Shown one piece after another: positions 56,850 through 64,000 of a stretch of DNA of 64,000 bases. Within the stretch, counting starts at the first letter, position 1, and every line of letters starts with the position of its first letter. The notes beneath the pieces were generated by a model, which was not told the origin of the DNA, ran no database searches, and saw only the letters and a list, made by a program, of their open reading frames with translations. The translations under genes were made by a program, and so were the position numbers. The stretch comes from an uncultured cyanobacterium (GTDB lineage Bacteria; Cyanobacteriota; Cyanobacteriia; Cyanobacteriales; CAWUOF01), in the NCBI GenBank assembly GCA_963744145.1, contig CAVUSO010000001.1, positions 1,568,001 to 1,632,000 on the forward strand, read 5' to 3'.

Positions 56850-56940
56850 ACTAAATCGGTGGTGGTTAATGAGAATTTAACCTTCACATTTTAGGCTGAA
56901 TAAGACATTAGGACATTTAGTTAGCTAAGTAAAAACTTTT

Positions 56941-58104
56941 ATGAACAAACAAAAACGGATTGGTATTCTGACCAGTGGGGGCGATTGTCCTGGTCTTAAT
57001 GCTGTGATCAGAGCTGTGGTTAAATGTTCTACAAGTAAAGGTTGGGATGTTTTTGGAATTCCCTATGGAACTGATGGCTTTATTCATGTAGCCACAGGTA
57101 AAGTTAATCCCGAAAGTCTGAAGTTAAAAGAACATGGCTATGATATACCTGGATTACTGCAAGGCTTAGATGTTTTACAGTTTCTGAGTGGTAGTGTGCT
57201 AGGTTCTCTGAGTAAAGGAGATACAGAAAAGAATGCTGACAAAATAATTGCTGGCTATCAGCAATTACAGCTAGATGCTTTAATTGCGATCGGTGGTGAT
57301 GGCAGTTTGGATATTATTTATAATTTAGCTAAACAAGGTAATTGGAATTTGATTGGTGTGCCAAAAACCATCGATAATGATGTTCCTTTTACGGAAAGAT
57401 CCGTTGGGTTTGATACTGCTGTTAGTACAGTCACACAAGCTCTATATGATCTGACCTTTACTGCTGCTAGTCATGAACGAGTGATGGTGGTTGAATTAAT
57501 GGGGAGGGATGCGGGTCATTTAGCTTTACACGCTGGAATTGCTGGGGGTGCTGATGTAATTTTAATTCCTGAACTTGCTCCCAAAATTGATGATACTGTC
57601 ATTGAAGAAGTTACTCACACCTTAACTGAATTACGTCAAAAAAGACGCAAATTTGCTTTAGTTGTAGTAGCAGAAGGGGTGAAAAATTCCGCCGGAAAAA
57701 CCGAAAAATGTATTGGTGATTATTTAGCTAAACATATTCAAGCATATAGTGAAAAACTTTGTCAAGTTGGTGAAACTGAGTTCTGTCAGATTGAAGATGT
57801 CATCGATACTCGAGTCACAGTTTTAGGTCATCTCCAACGAAGTGGTACTCCTTCCTCAGCCGATCGCTTATTAGCTACTGCTTTTGGAATTAAAGCGGTG
57901 GAATTAATTGATGAAGACCGTTGTAATCGATTGGTAATTTATCAAAATGGAGAAATTCACAGTAAATCTTTAGATGAAGTCATTGATGTAATTAAAAAAT
58001 GTCATGCTGAAAATCGTTGTGCTTCTCCAGTCAATCCGAATAGTTTTATGGTGAAAACTGCGCGATCGCTCGGGATTTATGTTGGACCGATACAGCCCAT
58101 TTAG
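56941..58104 (+). CDS. pfkA: 6-phosphofructokinase
   Basis: [39 protein letters not shown]. Confidence 0.93.
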   Translation: MNKQKRIGILTSGGDCPGLNAVIRAVVKCSTSKGWDVFGIPYGTDGFIHVATGKVNPESLKLKEHGYDIPGLLQGLDVLQFLSGSVLGSLSKGDTEKNADKIIAGYQQLQLDALIAIGGDGSLDIIYNLAKQGNWNLIGVPKTIDNDVPFTERSVGFDTAVSTVTQALYDLTFTAASHERVMVVELMGRDAGHLALHAGIAGGADVILIPELAPKIDDTVIEEVTHTLTELRQKRRKFALVVVAEGVKNSAGKTEKCIGDYLAKHIQAYSEKLCQVGETEFCQIEDVIDTRVTVLGHLQRSGTPSSADRLLATAFGIKAVELIDEDRCNRLVIYQNGEIHSKSLDEVIDVIKKCHAENRCASPVNPNSFMVKTARSLGIYVGPIQPI

Positions 58105-58220
58105 TATAAATGTGCTAAACTTAATTGAGTAGGTATATGTTTGGCCAAAAATTAAACCTGATTTTCTGGTAGTCCCTGGAAAACAGTGGAGGGGATCAAA
58201 AATCGGGATGTTTCCCTGGC

Positions 58221-58276
58221 CATGTAGGGGCGTATTGCAATAGGTCATGTAGGGGCGTATTGCAATACGCCCCTAC
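58221..58276. repeat. GTAG REP palindrome with a partial tandem duplication
   Basis: GTAGGGGCGTATTGCAATACGCCCCTAC at 58249-58276, preceded by a duplicated left part. Confidence 0.75.
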
Positions 58277-58316
58277 CCTATCTGCCTGACAATCATTAAT
58301 TTTAAAAATTTAAAAA

Positions 58317-61300
58317 ATGAGCATTACCCTTGCTGGTTACAACCAGATTGAAGCTATTTACGAAGGTGCCAATACTATTATTTATCGGGCCGAAAAAGAG
58401 GATAAAACAGTAGTAATTATCAAAACGATCAGGTCTGAATATCCTACCATAGAAGAGATTACTCGATTAAGGCACGAACATAAAATCCTGGAACAATTGC
58501 CAATAGAAGGAATTGTCAAACCCTTAGCATTAGAAAACTTTCACAATGGTTTAGCTTTGATCTTTGAACATTTTCCAGGGGTATCTCTCAAAGATTTTAT
58601 CACTCACCGAAAGCTGAAAATAAATGAATTTATCCACCTGAGTATTCAGTTAACTAAAATCTTAGGAGAACTGCATCAAAACCAGATTATTCATAAAGAT
58701 ATTAAACCGGATAATATTCTGATCAACCCAGAAACCAGACAAGTCAAAATAATCGACTTTAGCATTGCCTCTGGTCTAGAGAGAGAAAATCAAATTCTCA
58801 GCACTCCCAATATGTTAGAAGGGACTCTTGCTTATATGTCACCGGAGCAAACTGGACGAATGAACCGCTCCCTTGACTATCGCACAGACTTTTATTCTTT
58901 AGGCGTAACTTTTTATGAAATGCTCACAGAGAAGCTACCATTTTCCGCAAGCGAACCACTAGAATTTGTCCACTGCCATATTGCCAAACAACCAGTACCA
59001 CCTTCAGAAATAAATCCCAAAATTCCCCAGGCAATTGCTGACATAGTAATGAAATTATTGTCCAAAACAGCCGAAGACAGATATCAAAGTGCCCAAGGAC
59101 TAAAAGCGGATTTAGAAATTTGTCAGAAAATGCTCGATCGCGGAGAAATTTCGCCATTTATCGTTGGTCAACTAGACTTATATAGCAAATTTTCCATCCC
59201 GCAAAAACTCTATGGTAGGGAAACAGAAGTTAAAACTTTGCTAAAAGCATTTGAACGAGTTAGTGCTGGGAACACCCAAATAATGATGGTTTCTGGTTAC
59301 TCAGGTATTGGGAAATCCTGCTTAGTTCAGGAAATTCACAAACCAATAGTGCGACAAAAAGGTTATTTTATATCTGGGAAATTTGACCAGTTTAAACGTA
59401 ATATTCCCTTTGCTTCTTTAATTCAAGCATTCCAAGAATTAATGCGACAATTGTTGACAGAAACCGACGCCCAAATAGCAGTTTGGCAAGCAAAAATATT
59501 AGCAGCGATCGGTGCTAATAGTCAAGTAATTATTGATGTAATTCCTGAAGTAGAAAAGATTATTGGTATCCAAGCAGCAGTTCCACAATTGGGACCATCG
59601 GAATCGCAAAACAGATTTAATCGGGTATTTCAACAATTTATTCATGTATTTAGTCAACCCCAACATCCGCTAGTTTTATTTTTAGATGATTTACAGTGGG
59701 CTGATCTACCTTCTTTGAAGCTAATTGAGTTAATTGTAACAGATCCAGAAAGTCAATATCTATTATTAATAGGGGCTTATCGAGACAATGAAGTTAATTC
59801 TACTCATCCTTTAATTCATACATTACAAAAGATTCAAAGCAATGGAAAAACCGTTAATAACATCATCCTCAGTCCTTTAAATATCAATCATGTAATCCAA
59901 TTATTATCTGATACCTTTCACCAAGAAACTTCCCAGGTTTTGCCCCTAGCTGAGTTAGTGTTTCAGAAAACCCAAGGTAACCCATTTTTCTTAACTCAAC
60001 TGCTGCAATCTCTCGTTCAAGACCACCAATTATGCTTTAACTTTGATCGAGGTTGTTGGGAATGGGACATTGAGGTGCTTCAAGGGATTAAGAACAGTGA
60101 TAATGTAATTGAATTAATGGTCAGCCAAATTCAAAAGCTATCAACTAAGACGCAAAATATTTTAAAGTTAGCCGCCTGTATAGGGGACAAATTTAATTTA
60201 GATATTTTGAGTATTGTCAATGAAAAATCTCAGTCAGAAACAGCATTAGACCTATGGGAAGCATTACAATCTGGTTTAGTTATACCTCTGAATCAGTCTT
60301 ATAAAATTCCGATTTTATTTAACCAAGAGACAGCCAAGAATTTTCCCGGTAAGAGCTTAAAAATTACTTACAAATTTTTACACGATCGGGTACAACAAGC
60401 CTCTTATTATCTAATTCCTCCAGAAGAAAAGAAAGCAATTCATTTAAAAATTGGTCGCCTAATGCTCCAGAATTTGAATGAATCTGAACTAGATGAAACA
60501 ACGTTTGATCTAGTAAATCATTTGAATCTAGGGATAGATTTAATTACTGATCAAAACCAGCAAGATGAATTAGCTAACTTAAATCTTAAAGCTGGTAAAA
60601 AAGCTAAACTTTCCACAGCTTATGCAGCAGCACTTCGGTATTTTCAGGTAGGTTTACAACTGTTAGACTCGCAAAGTTGGCATCATCAGTATGATTTAAC
60701 TCTGGCTTTGCATACAGAGGCAATGGAAGCTCAATATCTTAACACTAACTTCGAGGCTGCTGAAACCTTAGCTGAGGTAATTTTGCAACAAGCAACGAAT
60801 CAACTTGACCGAGTAAAAGTTTATGAGTTACAGATGCAGATGTATACGGCTCAACACCAGATCCTCAGAGCTGTTAATATCGGACTCCATGCTCTGGAAA
60901 ATATGGGTATTTTTCTATTAGATGCGTCTGTCGAAACTTTTGAAAGACAGAGGTTACCTCAGTTTGAAGATTTAGAAAATATGCCCAAAATGACCGATCC
61001 TGATAAACTGGCAGCTACCAGAATTTTAACCAATGTATTGCCAGCAGTTTTGCAAGCCAAACCCGAAATTTTACTTCAAGTTGTTTTAACTTTAGTTAAT
61101 CTTTCGATCGAACATGGTTTGTCAGAGTTAGCTGCTTTTGGCTATAGTTTTTATGGAGTGATACTGTGCGGATATTTGGGAGATATTGAATCAGGATATC
61201 ATGCCGGAGAAATTGCACTAAGACTTTTAGATTTATTTGATTCTAAATTGCATAGATGTAAGGTCTACAACATGGTTTATGTTTTTGTGAGACCTTGGAA

Positions 61301-64000
61301 ACATCACGTTAAAGAAAGCATGAATTCGCTAGTTGAAGGAGTACAAAGTGGTCTAGAAGTTGGCGATTTAGTATTTGCCAGCTATTGTGCTTTAAATTAT
61401 TGCACATTTTTGTTTTCGACTGAGGAAAGATTGGAAATCGTTCAACAAAAACAGGAAGTTTATATTAGTTTACTTCAGCAATTAAAAAACAACCTATCTA
61501 TATATTCTACTAATATTTGGAGACAGATGACCTTTAATTTACAAGGAGCAGTAAACGATAAATGTCAATTAATTGGTAATAGCTTTGATCAAGAAAGTGC
61601 CTTACCAAAATTACACGAAACTAATGATGGTTGGTCACTTTTCAACGCTTATTTAGCAAAAGCAATTCTTTTATATTCATTTAAAGATTTTAATCAAGCT
61701 ATTGCTAATGCTTTGAAAGCAGAAGAATATAGTGGTTCTGTAGTAGGAGTTATGTGTGTAACTGTTCACAAACTATATTACTCATTAATTCTACTTTCCT
61801 TGTATTCTCATGCTGAAACTACCGAAAGAGAACGTTATTTAAACCAAGTAGAATTAAACCAAGAAAAGCTAAAATTATGGGCGTTTCATGCGCCAATGAA
61901 CTATCAACATAAATATGATTTAGTGGAGGCAGAGAAAGCACGAGTATTAGGCCAAATTTTACCAGCCATGGAGCTTTATAACCGTGCCATTCAGGGAGCG
62001 AAAGAACAGGGATACATAAAGGAAGAAGCCCTGGGCAATGAACTGGCGGCAGAATTTTATTTCTCAATCAATAACCATAAAGTTGGTCAAATATATTTAA
62101 CTGAATCCTACTATAGCTACCTGCGTTGGGGAGCGACAGCAAAAGTCAGAGATTTAGAACTCAAATATCCCCAAATATTTGCGCGGATGGTCAAACGAGA
62201 AACCAGTCCTGCTCAAGAGACTAATAACATAAAAACCTCGATCGGCGCTGGGACTGTGCAGTTGGATTTAGCCACAGTAATTAAAGCATCCCAAGCACTT
62301 TCCGGCGAAATAGTTCTGGAGAAATTGCTATCTAAGTTAATAAAAATAGCCATCGAAAATGCCGGCGCACAAACTGGCTATCTCCTCTTAGAAAAATCAG
62401 GTAACCTAATGATAGAAGCACGAGGCGATGTAGCTCAAGAGAAAGTCAGCGTCATGCAAGCCATCCCCGCTGCAACTAGCCAAGAGTTACCCTCCTCACT
62501 GATTAATTATGTCGAGAGAACCCAAGAAGATGTAGTCTTGAGTAATGCCACTCGTGACGGGATATTTACCGCAGATCCCTATATTATTGAACACCAACCA
62601 AAATCAGTTTTATGTACCCCTCTCCTCCATCAAGGAAAACTTATCGGTCTGCTTTATTTAGAAAACAACCTAACTGAAAGTGCCTTTACACCTGATAGAT
62701 TAGAAATCTTAAAACTCCTAGCTTCTCAAGCAGCAATTTCCTTGGAAAATGCTCAACTTTATCACGATTTAGCCGCCGCCAATGCTAGTTTAGAAGCCAA
62801 AGTAGAAGATAGAACTCAACAGCTACAAGAAAAAAATATCCACCTACAAAAAGCCGAAGCCGCAGCCCAATCTGCCAGCCGGGCTAAAAGCGAATTTCTG
62901 GCTAATATGAGTCACGAACTTCGCACACCACTCAATGGCATTTTAGGTTATGCTCAAATTCTGAAAAGAGACAAAAATTTGAGCGATCAGCAACAATATG
63001 GTGTGCAAATTATTAACCAGTGTGGGGAACACTTGTTAACCCTGATCAACGATATCTTAGACCTCTCTAAAATCGAAGCCCGCAAAATGGAAATTCACCT
63101 CAATAATTTCCATTTTGCACAATTTATTGAAGGCATCTCAGAAATTTGTTATTTTCGAGCCGAAAAAAAAGGAATCTCCTTACTTTATCAGCCAATGACA
63201 CCCATACCAATAGCTGTTAATGGCGATGATAAACGGTTGCGTCAAGTATTAATTAACTTAATTGGTAATGCGATTAAGTTTACTGAAAAAGGTAGTGTGG
63301 TTTTTAAGGTATGGTATAATCAAGGAAAGATGAAGTTTCAAGTGGAAGATACTGGTATAGGGATGGCACCAGAGCAATTGTCAGAAATATTTTTGCCCTT
63401 CCACCAAGTAGGAGAACATCATCGTAAGATTGAAGGAACAGGATTAGGACTGGCAATTAGTCGCCAGTTAGTGCAGATGATGGGTGGTGAAATTCAAGTG
63501 GAAAGTACCTTGGGGAAAGGCAGTATTTTTTCCTTCGATTTAGATTTACCAGAAGGATCAGATTTGGCAGCAAAAGTTAATCAATATAATCCGGAATCGG
63601 TGGTCGGATTCAAGGGAAATAAACGTAAGATTATGATTACTGATGATCAATCAGAAAATCGCTTAATTTTGGTGAAGATGCTTGAGCCTTTGGGGTTTGA
63701 ATTACTGGAAGCTATTGATGGTCAGGATTGTTTAAATAAGGTATCTGCATTTAAGCCAGATTGTATTTTAATGGATTTGATGATGCCCGGAATTAATGGT
63801 TTAGAAGCGACTCGTCGTCTCCGTAAGTTGCCGGATTATCAAAATTTAATTATCTTGGCTATTTCCGCCAGCGTCTTTGATCTTGATCGGCAAAAAAGTC
63901 TGGAGGTAGGTTGTAACGATTTCTTACCTAAACCGATCAGGATTGAAGAACTTTTAGAAAAATTACAAGTTTATTTAATGTTAGAATGGGTAGATCAATC
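58317..64000 (+). CDS. hybrid Ser/Thr kinase-AAA ATPase-GAF-histidine kinase-receiver protein, 3' end outside window
   Basis: MSITLAGY start; IHKDIKPDN, GTLAYMSPEQTGR, SGYSGIGKS, FLANMSHELRTPL, NLIGNAIKFT, DTGIG, GTGLGL, MDLMMP. Frame at the window end matches the start. Confidence 0.9.
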   Translation, partial: MSITLAGYNQIEAIYEGANTIIYRAEKEDKTVVIIKTIRSEYPTIEEITRLRHEHKILEQLPIEGIVKPLALENFHNGLALIFEHFPGVSLKDFITHRKLKINEFIHLSIQLTKILGELHQNQIIHKDIKPDNILINPETRQVKIIDFSIASGLERENQILSTPNMLEGTLAYMSPEQTGRMNRSLDYRTDFYSLGVTFYEMLTEKLPFSASEPLEFVHCHIAKQPVPPSEINPKIPQAIADIVMKLLSKTAEDRYQSAQGLKADLEICQKMLDRGEISPFIVGQLDLYSKFSIPQKLYGRETEVKTLLKAFERVSAGNTQIMMVSGYSGIGKSCLVQEIHKPIVRQKGYFISGKFDQFKRNIPFASLIQAFQELMRQLLTETDAQIAVWQAKILAAIGANSQVIIDVIPEVEKIIGIQAAVPQLGPSESQNRFNRVFQQFIHVFSQPQHPLVLFLDDLQWADLPSLKLIELIVTDPESQYLLLIGAYRDNEVNSTHPLIHTLQKIQSNGKTVNNIILSPLNINHVIQLLSDTFHQETSQVLPLAELVFQKTQGNPFFLTQLLQSLVQDHQLCFNFDRGCWEWDIEVLQGIKNSDNVIELMVSQIQKLSTKTQNILKLAACIGDKFNLDILSIVNEKSQSETALDLWEALQSGLVIPLNQSYKIPILFNQETAKNFPGKSLKITYKFLHDRVQQASYYLIPPEEKKAIHLKIGRLMLQNLNESELDETTFDLVNHLNLGIDLITDQNQQDELANLNLKAGKKAKLSTAYAAALRYFQVGLQLLDSQSWHHQYDLTLALHTEAMEAQYLNTNFEAAETLAEVILQQATNQLDRVKVYELQMQMYTAQHQILRAVNIGLHALENMGIFLLDASVETFERQRLPQFEDLENMPKMTDPDKLAATRILTNVLPAVLQAKPEILLQVVLTLVNLSIEHGLSELAAFGYSFYGVILCGYLGDIESGYHAGEIALRLLDLFDSKLHRCKVYNMVYVFVRPWKHHVKESMNSLVEGVQSGLEVGDLVFASYCALNYCTFLFSTEERLEIVQQKQEVYISLLQQLKNNLSIYSTNIWRQMTFNLQGAVNDKCQLIGNSFDQESALPKLHETNDGWSLFNAYLAKAILLYSFKDFNQAIANALKAEEYSGSVVGVMCVTVHKLYYSLILLSLYSHAETTERERYLNQVELNQEKLKLWAFHAPMNYQHKYDLVEAEKARVLGQILPAMELYNRAIQGAKEQGYIKEEALGNELAAEFYFSINNHKVGQIYLTESYYSYLRWGATAKVRDLELKYPQIFARMVKRETSPAQETNNIKTSIGAGTVQLDLATVIKASQALSGEIVLEKLLSKLIKIAIENAGAQTGYLLLEKSGNLMIEARGDVAQEKVSVMQAIPAATSQELPSSLINYVERTQEDVVLSNATRDGIFTADPYIIEHQPKSVLCTPLLHQGKLIGLLYLENNLTESAFTPDRLEILKLLASQAAISLENAQLYHDLAAANASLEAKVEDRTQQLQEKNIHLQKAEAAAQSASRAKSEFLANMSHELRTPLNGILGYAQILKRDKNLSDQQQYGVQIINQCGEHLLTLINDILDLSKIEARKMEIHLNNFHFAQFIEGISEICYFRAEKKGISLLYQPMTPIPIAVNGDDKRLRQVLINLIGNAIKFTEKGSVVFKVWYNQGKMKFQVEDTGIGMAPEQLSEIFLPFHQVGEHHRKIEGTGLGLAISRQLVQMMGGEIQVESTLGKGSIFSFDLDLPEGSDLAAKVNQYNPESVVGFKGNKRKIMITDDQSENRLILVKMLEPLGFELLEAIDGQDCLNKVSAFKPDCILMDLMMPGINGLEATRRLRKLPDYQNLIILAISASVFDLDRQKSLEVGCNDFLPKPIRIEELLEKLQVYLMLEWVDQ

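Overview
This is an AT-rich cyanobacterial chromosome segment, judged from very frequent HIP1 GCGATCGC octamers, a CAB-domain ferrochelatase, Raf1 and GUN4-domain genes. Housekeeping content: hemH, ligA, raf1, purB, def, the str/S10 cluster rpsL-rpsG-fusA-tuf-rpsJ, an IscA/HesB gene, nifJ(PFOR)-DHOD-like-pfkA, and a >1890-aa Ser/Thr kinase-ATPase-GAF-His kinase-REC hybrid running off the right end. The most interesting part is a ~15-kb accessory island (13.9-28.9 kb) built from tandem, partly decayed copies of one module. The module is an Rpn-family nuclease, a convergent sensor-less HTH-NB-ARC (STAND) protein, and a divergent operon of swapped small toxin-tip-like ORFs, a conserved 60-aa protein, paired 72-bp HIP1-bounded hairpins, a CFI-box-CTERM protein, a TPR protein and GUN4 or GIY-YIG cargo. 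Between the two complete copies the ATPase core is near-identical, whereas the HTH, its phased upstream direct repeats and the small cargo genes have all changed together. Several rearrangement junctions fall at HIP1 sites. Other observations: a 24-nt micro-element seen empty, single and triply self-nested in one REP family; a MITE with a 10-bp TSD; predicted intragenic Rpn antitoxin starts; a truncated VapC; and an in-frame TGA in rpsJ plus a homopolymer frameshift in nifJ, which may be assembly errors. Family names come from motif recognition, not database searches. No rRNA, tRNA or CRISPR array was seen.
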